A stretch of DNA of 64,000 nt from Antedon mediterranea. Its lineage: Eukaryota > Animalia > Echinodermata. The stretch covers positions 10,540,001-10,604,000 of the forward strand of contig NC_092671.1 in NCBI RefSeq assembly GCF_964355755.1, in the 5' to 3' direction. The notes below the pieces were generated by a model that was given only the letters and a program-made list of their open reading frames with translations, was not told the origin of the DNA and made no database searches. Both the position numbers and the translations under genes were made by a program. Positions 28,977-49,674 of the stretch are shown piece after piece; within the stretch, counting starts at the first letter, position 1; each line of letters opens with the position of its first letter.

Positions 28977-29881
28977 GTTTGCTAGTCAATTGTCTGTTTC
29001 TGGAAATAAAATTTAAATTTATTAAATAGATTGAAAATGGCTATGCCTAGCCACTAAGTAATAACAATTTAATTTTAGGCTAGTTTAATGCTAGACGAAA
29101 GAAAAGTAAAAAAAAAAAAGAGTCATGTATCAAGGTCGATCACCACGTGCTGCCCGATATGATGTCATTTTGGTAATTTCTACTTCCACTTTGCACTTCA
29201 CTTATAAATGAACAATCAATTTTTCATAATTATAAATGGCTGGAAGGTAAAAAAAGTAACTGAACACTATAGACCTAAACATCATAACTAATTAGTCATG
29301 TAAGCTAGGTCTACTAGCTACTCATAGATAGGCTAGGCCTAGCCTAGTAGGACTTGCGGCGAACTGACTCCCTGAAAATTTCTATTCTGTCAAATTATTA
29401 GTTAGAGAAAGGAAGAAGGGCCGGGTCTTTAAATTCCTTATTACTAGCTAGAGGGCTGCATTTTATAAATCAGCAGTTTGGGAATGAGCATAAACATAAT
29501 CAGACTTGTTAGATTCAGTTCTTATTCTATTTTATATAAACAAAAGTATAAAAGAACTTACCTTTTCTTATCTAGGTAGCCTACGTTGAGATCAATGTCC
29601 CGATCCTTACTCTCAGAGGTTCACTGGAGGATTGAACAAAAGTACCGGTGGTTTTAGCTCGTTTTACACGCGACGACGAGGAAGTTATCGATTATGTCAG
29701 CCTCTCCCAACGAATGTTTTAATTTTAAAGGTAAAATATAATTAAATAGAACCAACATAAATTCTATATTTTAATAGTAAATTGCCAGATAATATAGATT
29801 AATATTATGTAATAATCTAGAGGTATTGAAATTGAACAAATGTTACAATTTTACGTGTATTTTGAATATATACTTGGTTAA

Positions 29882-29896
29882 AGAACGTTCTCGAAA
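29882..29896. promoter_or_regulatory. Heat-shock element (nGAAnnTTCnnGAAn) upstream of HSC70
   Basis: aGAAcgTTCtcGAAa, about 250 bp upstream of the inferred HSC70 transcription start (~29640). Confidence 0.8.
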
Positions 29897-29968
29897 GGAA
29901 ATTAAACGCTTCATTGAGTCCGTTGTCATGTCACGTGGGCTGCAAAATGCGGTTTTGGGGTTTTCCAG

Positions 29969-29983
29969 TGAAGTTTCTGGAAA
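29969..29983. promoter_or_regulatory. Second heat-shock element upstream of HSC70
   Basis: tGAAgtTTCtgGAAa; an E-box CACGTG at 29932 lies between the two HSEs. Confidence 0.75.
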
Positions 29984-30282
29984 GAAACTTTTGAAAGAAT
30001 GACATGGAACAATGGTATATAATTAGGCACTATTTCTCTGAAGAAGACAATATATAATTGATAAAAATATAATTAGGTCTGAACTTTGTTCACAGGTGGT
30101 TCATTAGCCAGACCAGTAATAGTAAAATACAGTAGTAATTTCAATCAAAATTGATAACAAATTAATATAGTTATCGTAGACAAATCTAGAAGCTTCGCCT
30201 CGACGGAAATTAATCATCATAAAATCTCTGATCTGATCCTCTCCTTCTATATCCAAAGATGCTTGTATACGGGGCCCCTCAT

Positions 30283-31836
30283 CAGGGCCGTAGCCAGGAT
30301 TTGTCAGGGGGGGGGGGGGTGACCCAATGTCCGAACACCACCCCGGGGTGGGGCCTGAGGCGAAGCGAATTTTGTCAAATGACACCCCTAGATGGCCGGA
30401 AAAGACACTCTAATGCAGCGATCGTACTTGGACTCGTGGACTATAACATTTGTTGCCGTATGTTAGATGCGCGTGCTCTGTGCGGAACCGCCGATTGTTT
30501 GATCATTTACTCGGTATTTTATTTTGCGTTCAAGTTCAATGCGAACGTACGTCTAGGAGAAGCCCCGAAAAAAGCACACTGTGTGAAGGCAAATATTATA
30601 GCTCTATCTATAATATTTATTTACAGCAATTTGTTGAGGAAATTAATTATGCCAATGTAAATAGGTGATATTGATACATTTGAGTACGTATCGGCTGGTG
30701 GTCTAGAAAAAAATAATCGGATGCCATAATGTGAACTACAATGATACCATAGATATTATAGTGTAAAATATTAATGTTCACTATAATCCTCTATTATACA
30801 TTACACTTCATAGCCACACATAAATACTGATGTATGTCGGAAGGCTATATACTTTATGCATGCTGTCTGACTGCCAGTGATCTAAACAATTGGTACGCAG
30901 TTGTCTGGCGGTGTCCTTTGTACGAATCGTTCGTGCCCCAGCTCGCTGTGAGACGCGTCAATCATGTTACATGCAGGGACCAAACATTTATTTTTCAGGT
31001 TAAAATCGGCAATTCATTTGCAACTCTTAGGGCCTGTTTCTGCTGCAACTGCTCAAAATACGGTATAAAAATACGGTATAAAATACGGTATTTTTTATAC
31101 CGTATTTTTTATTACCCCGTTTCTGCTAACAATACTTCTTGGGTGGTCGTGTTAAATTTCATCTTTTTTACCCAAATTGCCATTCATTTATTTGATCGAT
31201 AATTAAAAGTCGCAATAAAGGAAGTTTTACGTCTCACTTTCAACAGCCTATCCCTTGTGATAGAGATGTTGTGAGAGTACAGAAAACATCGTAATAGGGA
31301 CAATTAATTCGTTCCCTCCCCGAGTTATTGTATTTTGCAATGTTGTACTGCTTTCGCAGGCTCTTCAGCTTTGAGTTTACTTGCTTTGGAGACAAGTCTA
31401 TTCCATACTCCTGCTTTATTTTTTTTAGAAATGTCTTTATAAATGTGGTTGTCCCTTTTATTACCTTTTAGTTGGCCAGACATTTTAGCTTCCTCACACA
31501 CATTTATTTAGTAAAACTGTGACGTCTTCGCTCCACATTTTCGCCGAATATATCTATACACGTGTGTAAAGCAGCTGACAGCGACAGAAAATAAAAACAC
31601 AAATGTTGACCTTTTGTCATGTAAAAAAAAAATACAACGAGTTTACGAATTTTTCAATTTACGAACAACTTTTTGTACTGTGGGGCACGTATTTGGACGA
31701 TTTTCGGAGATGAGGGTGAGGTATTGGGCATGTCGGGGGATGGGGGTTCGCAGTCGGTTAGGGGGGGGGGGGTTCGCTGTAAAGGGGGGGGGGGGGTTCG
31801 CCCGAACCATAAACCCCCCCCCTGGCTACGGGCCTG
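30283..31836. mobile_element. Non-autonomous DNA transposon with CAGG(G/C)CCGTAGCCAGG TIRs and 5-bp TSD (ctcat)
   Basis: ctcat|CAGGGCCGTAGCCAGG ... CCTGGCTACGGGCCTG|ctcat, with G/C-run subterminal hairpins. Confidence 0.85.
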
Positions 31837-32917
31837 CTCATTATAATATTTAATATTTGTTTGAAGGTTTGGATGGTAAAATGTTGATAAAAAGTTTTGA
31901 AAAGAACTGTGATCTATTATATAATAATGAGAAACTGAATAATATAAATTATAAACTTAAATGAACGCTTCGGCGCACTTTCTTTTGAATAGTGTGAAGT
32001 TCACAAATTCATGCCCGGTGGTGTTACACATACTGCATGGTATTGAAATCGTAAATTATACTAAATAACGGAGGATCATCATATCGACGAAAGATAAACA
32101 TACATATCTTATATTATATAAAACGAAACAAATAGTAAAGTTTTCATTCTAGAAAAAACTATAGGTCACTTGCTTATCAAATGACGTCATAATAAGAGCA
32201 AACGTCGATACAGTACAGTACGAGTTTATTGTTCTTTTGATCATGACGTCATTTGATTTGATTAAAAAAAATATTATTTTCATCAAGGACAGCATAAATG
32301 GTTATCCTATAGCTAGGCCTATAGAGAGAACACTTTTCGAATGAAACATTTCTGTTTATGTGCCATTCGATCATGGCGGTAAAGTCTAAGTTACGTCGAC
32401 AGGAAACCAGCCTTAAGATGACTGCATTGAAAAATATATCATAAATATTTACAATACAGAATTATCATGCGAAGAGAAAATAATTAATAATACTTTAAAA
32501 CCTAAAGTATAGCAAGAAAAGTACTTTACTTTACTTTAGCAGTCCCTGACCAATTCATCTTTGTACATTGTATATTATGTTTTGTTGGTCAAATAAATAT
32601 ATGAAATGAAAAGTAGACACTTAGAGCTCTATCCTATTATCTATTCTATCCTATAGCAACTTTTATATTGTCAAGATTATTCGTGACATTGATATAGACA
32701 TGAAACGTTTATCTTTTTTATTTTAGATTATAAAAGGATTCCAATGGAAATAAGAAGTTTTTTGGGCTACCCTGACATTTTTTTTTTATAAAAGTATTTA
32801 TTGGTAATGTCAGTAATTGAGTATAAATTATATACATTACATTACAAATCACTGTCACACACAAAGAATGTGAAGACTCTACAGAGGGCGCAATTGATAT
32901 TGCGATCACATGTGTAC

Positions 32918-32929
32918 TTGGCGCGAAAA
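32918..32929 (-). promoter_or_regulatory. Canonical E2F site in the MCM6 promoter
   Basis: TTTTCGCGCCAA on the minus strand, ~100 bp upstream of the MCM6 ATG; MCM genes are established E2F targets. Confidence 0.8.
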
Positions 32930-33029
32930 TGTTAAAGGGCCTTTAAATTGTAAAAAACTATACAAAAAAAACAAACAGTGAACTAAAACAAAAAGTACTT
33001 GTTGCAATAAGCACTGTAAATTGTTGAAA

Positions 33030-40797
<7,768 letters not shown>

Positions 40798-43041
40798 GTA
40801 AGGCCCTGTTTTATAGTAAAGAATGTCTATGGAATCCCTTTCTTTCTGGTATTACATGAAAAGGATCCCTTATTGGTTGTACATCCAAATTTCACGATTG
40901 ATGCTTGAGTAAGGCCCTGTTTTATAGACTGTCTATGGAATCACTTTCTTTCTGGTATTACATGAAAAGGATCCCTTATTGGTTGTGCATCCAAATTTCA
41001 CGATTGATGCTTAAGTAAGGCCCTGTTTTATAGACTGTCTATGGAATCCCTTTCTTTCTGGTATTACATGAAAAGGATCCCTTATTGGTTGTAAATCCAA
41101 ATTTCACGATTGATGCTTGAGTAAGGCCCTGTTTTATAGACTGTCTATGGAATCCCTTTCTTTCTGGTATTACATGAAAAGGATCCCTTATTGGTTGTAA
41201 ATCCAAATTTCACGATTGATGCTTGAGTAAGGCCCTGTTTTATAGACTGTCTATGGAATCCCTTTCTTTCTGGTATTACATGAAAAGGATCCCTTATTGG
41301 TTGTAAATCCAAATTTCACGATTGATGCTTGAGTAAGGCCCTGTTTTATAGACTGTCTATGGAATCCCTTTCTTTCTGGTATTACATGAAAAGGATCCCT
41401 TATTGGTTGTACATCCAAATTTCACGATTGATGCCTGAGTAAGGCCCTGTTTTATAGACTGTCTATGGAATCCCTTTCTTTCTGGTAAAAACCCAATAAA
41501 TATAGTAACAATTTGAAATCTGTATGACAGATGCTTGTAATGGACAATACAGCCTGTATATTTACAAACACTTATTTGTTGCCTTTGTATATTTATTTGT
41601 GTGTACTATATTCTATTATGTGTGCGCATACAGTACATGTAGCCTAGTGTTGTATTACAAACATCTAGCAAACGTTTTGATTGAATCGGATAAAGAATAT
41701 CTTTATAAAAGAATTTGTGCCAAGTACTGTGTAAAGAACCATGGCAAAATACCAGGTGTTATAAGGTTGTATATTTGATGGAGATTTTGAGTAAACTTAT
41801 AATACACAATTGTATATACATGCTCACTATACCAAATAGATTTTCTAGTTTATAGAATAACATGTAGCTTTCTAAACAAATTAAATAAAAGAAAGACAAT
41901 TGTTTGCGTTTATTTGTTGCCATAATACTGTGTAAAAACCTGCCTGCATTACGGACTGTCATATTGAAAAGTGAATACTGTATTAACCTTGAACACAGAA
42001 TTGGGTCAATTTAGTTTACAGGGCTGGCCTTCGCATATGGAGAATTCTTATGACCGTCGTACAGTACAGTACAATGCAAACTCTTCCTTCTGTCTACACT
42101 ATTAAACTTTGTGAGAAAAATATGCGATGTGCCCATATATGGACATGATGATGTTATATCACTACCATATTTGGGTAGATCACACTTTTTGTTGTTGATT
42201 GTGCACAAATGACTATTTCTCATTTTAACTCGCTTTATCACACAATACAGGGTTTATGTTACCTAATAGGTGAAACACATTTATTGGTAATACAAGGAAT
42301 ACAAACATTCATAACAATAAATTTAATATTGGTATAAATTTGATCTATTGTACAAATTATAACTATTGGTGAAATCAAACAGCAAAATAGTTTATTTATG
42401 AAACTACTGTAAGTAGTATGGTACAGTATGTTGACGTACGATGATGCAACTTGATTTTAATTTCGTCAAGATCGTGTCATTGTAATGGTTCTGAACAGGA
42501 TTGGTTTACTTTACTAGTAATTTTGTAGCAATACTCACATGATCTCTTTAAGTTTAATGTTCTAATGTCCCATAAAACCAATATTCTAAGAAATTAAATG
42601 ATTAACCCATTCTATTTCCAAATAGGAATCTTAGTCTTTATAGTTGATAGTTGTATGTAACATAGTGCAAAGTCAGAAAACCATGTACAGTATGATGTTG
42701 GTATTTAATTACAGTAAGTATAATAATATCCTATTGCATGCTATCTGTACATTAAATGTTAGTATCTGTTTTCTGGTTCTGAAGTACAGGTACCAGTTAG
42801 CTGACAGTAAATCATTATATCTATCTCCCTATAAGCAAAACTTTTTTTACATGAACCAACAACCAATTTTTTAGATCCATAATTATGTACAAGGTACACA
42901 GAATATGTTTTTATTTTATTACAGTGTCTTCTTTCCAATCCTTTATTGACAATAGAAGTCAATGGTTTCATCACTATATATTCCATCTGGAGCAATATTG
43001 CAATGTCACTAAAAAATCACTAAAATTAAATTTCTTCTCAT

Positions 43042-43846
43042 TTATGTTGGCTTGTTTGGGTCTTCAAAGTCATCTAGAAAATTCTCTTGAGAAACAGCAT
43101 AAATCGAATAGGAATCTATTTAGTTTTGTTAAGGAGAAGAAATAATAATTGTGAAGAAATTGAACGGAGTTCACTCCTCTGATGTGTCTCTTGTTATTAA
43201 ATATTAGTATGACTTGGATATACAGTCAGTACCCTGCCTGTGTTGATGGTCCACTGTCCAATATCAGTAGCTAGTAGAAGTAAGTAGCTTTATTTATACT
43301 GTATCTATATTCCTATCTAGCTAGACTGCAAAAACCACAAGAAAGTAATAAAATACAGTAATATTAATAATTACTGTATTAATATTAAATAATAAATACA
43401 GCAGTATGCCAATAAATAAGTATTTTTTTATTTATATTTTTTGTAGCAGGATATTAATTTTAGTATCACTGAAGTGCTAAATCTAAATGAGTTTAAATAA
43501 TTCCAAAGACAATATTTAAAATAATGACATGATATTATTCATCTGGAAGATAAGCCTAGCCTAGGCCCCTATCCTATAGCTGGGTGGGCCTCATGCATTC
43601 AGTTCTGTGTAAAAAAAGGATACAGACTCCGGCAACTCCAGCCCCAAGTAGCAGGGCTACAAGTGTATTTCGTTTTAACCAATTTTTCTTCTTTATTTGA
43701 TGAATTTTTTCCATATGAGCCTTTGTAACTTTCGCCATGTATTGCCTATCAGCATCTGTCAAATTGTCAGTTCTAGGATTAACTCTAGTCATTTGTTCTG
43801 GTGGTTTAATGTTGGATCCAAGAGTGTTGCCCGAGGAAGTCGCCAT
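43042..43846 (-). CDS. COA3: Cytochrome c oxidase assembly factor 3 (COA3/CCDC56), 98 aa, 2 exons
   Basis: Exons 43846-43624 and 43115-43042 give MATSSG...KRNTLVALLLGAGVAGVYSYSIYAVSQENFLDDFEDPNKPT*: a single TM helix followed by a COA3-like Y..Y.VSQE.FLDD motif. Confidence 0.88.
43116..43623 (-). other. U12-type (minor spliceosome) GT-AG intron of COA3
   Basis: 5' splice site GTATCCTTT; branch point TCCTTAAC (43135-43128) followed by 10 nt and the 3' AG; no polypyrimidine tract. Confidence 0.92.
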
Positions 43847-45652
43847 GTTGCTTTTTTGTGTTACGCTAGTGAAATCCATGAGGCGGTATCCACCAAAGCG
43901 AACTGGCAAGATCCATGAGAGGTAATATTGTCTATGAGGAAGTGATTAACCTTTGACAGAAGGAGTAGGAGGAGCAAAAAAGTGAATCCGAGAGAATAAT
44001 GTGAGTGACCGATAGAGGGAGTATGAGTACTTACTCAACTCAACTCAAGAACTTAACTACCACGAACATTTTTATAGCAGCAACAGGTTTATGATAAAGT
44101 TATTATTTACTGCAGTATCGCATATTTATAAATTGAGTTCAACTAAATAAGAGGAATCAGAGGCTTGCCTAGAAAACGATAGTGTCACGAATTACAGCAC
44201 AATTACAGGATATTGTAAGCAAAGTTGTTTTTCTTTTTAGCTGTGTGTGTGTAGGCCTGGCCGCGCAAGTAAGTCCAGCTAGTTGTTTTGAACTTCAAGG
44301 CCACAGGCAAGCCATCTCCGGGATAAAGTTTTCATAAAGTGATAACACGTATGTGGGCTTACTATCAGACATTTATATATATATATATATATTTGTTTTA
44401 AAGGCGTTAGTTTGTACAAGACATATTATAATCGACGCCAATGCCGTATCGTGGCACCAGTACATCTTAGAAATATAATGTTAAACCTTACAGTATTTAA
44501 ACAATAAAAAGTTTACCGATATTGGTCCTAATTATTAAAGTATAATAATATTAAAAGTAAGACCTGGACAGGGTATTACAGTTGTTGTTGGAAGTTGTGA
44601 ACTCTAACTGACCTTCTTTGATGTAATCTAGTTTGAAATACATTATAATGTACAGTAAAAGGGTGGATATACACTGTTTCTCTCTTTACGTTGAGTAAAC
44701 AGAGAGGGACACACATCAAGTAATAGCCTATGTATATTTATAGTCCTCTGCCAGCACCTTTTTATCCCAGCATGGTTTCTAACTGTACAATATTCAATGA
44801 TGCAAAAAAAAAAAAATGATTTCAATCACTTCTATTGCCCCCAAATATATAAAGTATTTAGATAATTAGTATCATAATCAGTTTAATTGTAATAGGAGGT
44901 TAAAAGATAAAGATTTATCTTGTCGAGTTTAACCTTTTACAAAATGGGTTAATAAACATTATGACATTTTCTAGACTTGATAAATGAAATAAAAGAAATA
45001 CTAGCATGGAGATAACAGATGGTACTAGTCTTCAATAACCCAGTCATGCCATGTAAAATGAATAAATCTGTATTCCTCCTCCTATTTCTATCTATAGAAG
45101 CTTTAGGTTAATGATACAAAAAAGGAATTAATTTTGTAGCGTGTCTAGTTTTATTAAGTTATAGTTATACTATATAATTATGTGGTGGAATGCATGTACA
45201 GTATACTTTTTGTTATCACAAAAACTTGTTGTTATTCATTGAAAAGGCGTTCAAAAGTGTATAATATTATATACAAAAGAATAACCTTGATCTCTTTATG
45301 CTCTATTAATTAGCGTTGTTAGATTATTAAAATACACTGTATAGATACACTTTAGTAAAGCAGTGAGCTTATAGTGCTTATATTAAATAATTAATAATGC
45401 GTCTAAAAAAGATGTTTAAATTAATTATCCAGCACAACATTACATGATAGTTAGATTTGTAGTTTGTTTTTTTATTCAGAGAAGATTAAAAATTTTTTTT
45501 TTTTTTTTTTTCATAAATTATTGTGTAAAAAATATTTCTTAACTACTGTAAATGGTAAAATAACTGTAATTGTGTTATGGCAAAACTGAGTTGTATTTTA
45601 CTGTATGGAAACAACTTTTGGTAAGGTTTCGATAACAAAACTGAGACATAGG

Positions 45653-47429
45653 CAGGCCCGTATGCAGCATTTATAATGGGGGGGTGCGAGCGAAGCGAGC
45701 AACAATGGCTGGGGGCCAGGGGGCCGCCAAGGGCCCCCGGTCAGGGTCCAGGGGCCGAAGGCCCTGGAAAAATTTGCGTTATTTGACGTTCTAAAGACTG
45801 ATGTAAGACTCTCTGTTGTGGCTTGGGCTAGTTGAACGATGGACACCAGAACTTAACGCTTTCATGATGAGGCCAACTCAGCAGGGGTGGCGCCAGGATC
45901 TTCCCGACGCGGGGGCTACATTCCCCGACGAGGGGGGCTATGCGAGCGAAGCGAGCATCACTAGGCTGAGGGCCAGGGGCCGCCAAGGGCCCCCGGTGGG
46001 GGTCCAGGGGGCGAAGCCCCCGGAAGCAACGCGTTCTAGCGTCATTTGAGGTCTTTTTAATCAGATTTAGGGTAGCCATTTTTTCCATTTTTTATAATGC
46101 ATAAATAAAATACTGCGTGCAAAAAAACGATGCGCGATGACTGTTTCAATCCATATTTTTCAATTTAAAAAATAAAAGTTCAAAGAAAATTTTGAAAAAT
46201 AGAGTTGGAGGTCCCGGAAATTGGACTTATTATACTTCAAAACATGAAAAAAACTATATAAGTCCCTATCATGGGTTGTGACTGAGCTAAGAAATGTTTG
46301 AAAAATAGAGATGTTAGGTCCCGGAAAATGTACTTCTTGTTCTTCGAAATATGACCAGCTTTATTGTTGGGGCTGAGCTAAGAAAATGTTTAAAACTAGA
46401 GCTGCAGGTCTTCAAAAAATTGCATTTTATACTTTGGAAACATCAGGCCTAGAGGCTTAAAAAACGCAAGCGTAGACCTTTTTCAGTCAGGGAAAAAAGT
46501 TTATTCCTCCCAGGTGTATGCATGCGTACCATCTGGACTTCCGAGTGGTGAGAAATTCATGACATACAGGATATTGAAAATGTAATAACTATAGCTATAA
46601 TGTTGGCTAAGCGAAAATGGCATGTTTTTTTGTTTAGTAATGGATGAAAAATTTATTTTAGGTTCCCCACGGTACAGAAGGTTACTTGTAAATTAAAAAA
46701 TTGGTGAACAAACGAACAATTAACATAATTCGTTTTTGCTGTAGTGTAGCGTACGTCGACGCAGTACACGACGTAACCGTCGGTAAACTTCGCCTGGAAA
46801 ATAACACATTACACATTTTGGTCCCTGGATGAAACTTGATATCACGCGTCTCGACCCAACGTTGAACGATTCGTACAAAGGGATACCGCCAGACAAGTGC
46901 GTACCTAGCTATTGTTTAGTAGTAAGTTAGATCGCTGGCAATAATGAATGCATATAAAGTGCATAATATCACTCTGACGTACTCTTACGGTCAATGAAAC
47001 GTCGCGGTTTTCTAGGCGCTGAAGCTAGCTACGAAGTGAACGCGAACGCTTTTTACTGTATATTATATTCCCCGACAAAAAGTACACGTGTTCCCTGACG
47101 TTAAGTTGTATTTCTCCAGCAAACACTTTACCGCGTACCGCGTACATGAAGCGCTAAGCTATTGCTTGTCGTCACATGATCGACTGCGCATGTTTTACAT
47201 CGAGTTTGTAGTCAGTTCAGATTCCGTAATTTAATTACCGGTATTTTTTCATTTTATATTAGCATATTTTTGTTTGTATACAATTGATAATGTAAATTTT
47301 GTATATATATAATGATATTGTCTTTAGTTAAACAAGACAAGAAAAAATACCAACCGAGGAAATAGTGGACCTTTTGGGACTTGGGGGGGTGCGTCTGCAC
47401 CCAACGCACCCCCCCTGGATACGGGCCTG
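45653..47429. mobile_element. Composite non-autonomous DNA transposon with CAGGCCCGTAT..CAG TIRs and 5-bp TSD (atagg); nested related 5' end at ~45880
   Basis: atagg|CAGGCCCGTATGCAG ... CTGGATACGGGCCTG|atagg. A GC-rich module is duplicated at 45686-45767 and 45942-46024. Confidence 0.85.
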
Positions 47430-49270
47430 ATAGGTATAGTAATAGACTAACATAAAAAAAAGGGTGAAAGATAACCTCTTACAGTAGCAGAGGTAACATA
47501 ACTGTTTTTGAACTTTACTTGATATTATAATATAATAATCTTTTGATTAGAATAGAAAGACCCAGTTGATACACCCACCACTATTCTTTATTTGTTTTGT
47601 ACCAATATAATACCTGGACTCTGTCTATTAATCCTGTTTGGTACAAAACTTTCTTTCTTGTGTGTGACTTTTAGTATTGATGTTAAACAAAATTTGGCAT
47701 TTTAAAGTCAAGTTAAGTTGTTATTTCCGTACAAATGGTCTATTGTTTCCTATGGTTCTACAATACCTCTCATACTTTCCCATATCTACAGTATTAAAAG
47801 TTTGTTTCATTGACAACATACATTTTTGTTAAATCATGGCCAATGCACTGTAAAAACCACAACATTTACATTTTAATTATTATTTGCAATTTTGTGTTGA
47901 ATCATGTGCCATTTAAAAAATGCAGACTATTATCAGTACTTAAAAGGAATAACAATACAGGACAAGTTTGTAAACTGGTTTATATAGACTTCCACATGTG
48001 GACTGAAAGAAAATTAAAAAATATATTTTGTATTTTTGTATTTCTTCCCTGAACCTTGCTGATTCATGGTATTGAATTATGTAACTTTATAATAGTACCA
48101 TGGTAGTCGTTTTCACAATCATGGACGGGATACAAAATGCTTATTTTGAATACACTTTATTAGCCCTCTACCACTGTACATGACTGGCAAGATTTGTAGC
48201 AATATAGTACCTGTGTGCACATGAATATTTGAACATTATAATAACATAACAGCTGTTTAAATTATAAAATGGTAAAAAGTTCTGTGATGTATTAATGTAT
48301 TGTACATTGGATAAAGAAATCCCAAAATAGGAATATAAGCCTGCAATTTGTTAAAAAACTGAAAGGTTATCCATGCTATCAACTCTATCTATACCTGATT
48401 CTACGAAATGCAAACTCTTTACTCCCTAAAATCAGAATTCCAAGGTTCCAATTACTTTCTAGTACTGTATTACTATGTACTCTGAAAGCCAAAGTTTCTG
48501 TGCATTTTTTTTTTTTTGGACATGCATATTTTAGCTGCTACTACTACTAACTGACGCATTTTATACAAAATACACAGATTTCTGTGACAAATGCCACAGA
48601 TTATTCACATTTTGAACTGGTCATTAATCTGTTTATAATCCACTGCCTTTACTTATCGTTTGCAGTATCCTGGTCGATATGGTATGGTCAGTATTTTAAA
48701 CCTATGTCAGTACTGTACATGATATCAGAAATGGATGGTTACAGATGGGTTCACAGTGGGAGGGTGTACAGTAGGAAAACATTTTCCCTTCCTATTTCAG
48801 TAGTTTTCCTGTTAATTGTCATAATAATTATTTAGGTTGACACTACAAGAAAGTAAATGGTTTTGCAAGAGAAAATTAATTTTAGATAAAAAAAATATCC
48901 ATATTCATAATAAAGTCTCAATAATAATTAAACAATAAACATTACAGTACATCTTTCAACTCGTGAAATATTCCAACCATTGCATAGAGTAAACAATTAC
49001 TATTTGTATAGTATTATTATGCATGCATTCTAGTCCCTGGACATATTACGATATAAATTAAATAATATGTTAAAGAATATTGTAGAAATTAAATGCTGAA
49101 TTGTCTTGCAGATTTCAATGATATACAGTTACATACAGTACTGTAGGTTGTTGACCTGGAAATGTAATTCACACTTTCAAGGAAATTTATTTTAATTAGG
49201 AAAAATTATTTTTAGAGATCATTTTCAAGGACAAGCTGTTGCAGTATTGTACATATTTTATTTCTGTTTT

Positions 49271-49674
49271 ATACTGTATGTACTTTACTTGCTTATTCTG
49301 TTTTATTCCTGTACAGTACTGTACAGTATAAACACTTGATTGCATTGATTGCTGTATAGTGTGGCATTACTGTATCAATATACTGTATGTACTTTACTTG
49401 CTTATTCTGTTTTATTCCTGTACAGTACTGTACAGTATAAACACTTGATTGCATTGATTGCTGTATAGTGTGGCATACTGTATCAATATACTGTATGTAC
49501 TTTACTTGCTTATTCTGTTTTATTTCTGTACAGTACTGTACAGTATAAACACTTGATTGCGTTGATTGCTGTATAGTGTGGCATTACTGTATCAATATAC
49601 TGTATGTACTTTACTTGCTTATTCTGTTTTATTCCTGTACAGTACTGTACAGTATAAACACTTGATTGCGTTGA
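49271..49674. repeat. 109-bp satellite, left arm (~3.7 units)
   Basis: Unit ..tattctgttttattcctgtacagtactgtacagtataaacacttgattgc.. repeated. Confidence 0.95.

Noticed and set aside
30104-31853. ORFs of 70-130 aa within or overlapping the CAGG element (also 45598-46088)
   Set aside because: GC-rich transposon ends; no transposase or other recognisable motifs.
43847-43909. Upstream in-frame extension of the COA3 ORF (MPVRFGG...)
   Set aside because: It begins at a TTG; the ATG at 43846 has the best Kozak context and gives a COA3-like length.
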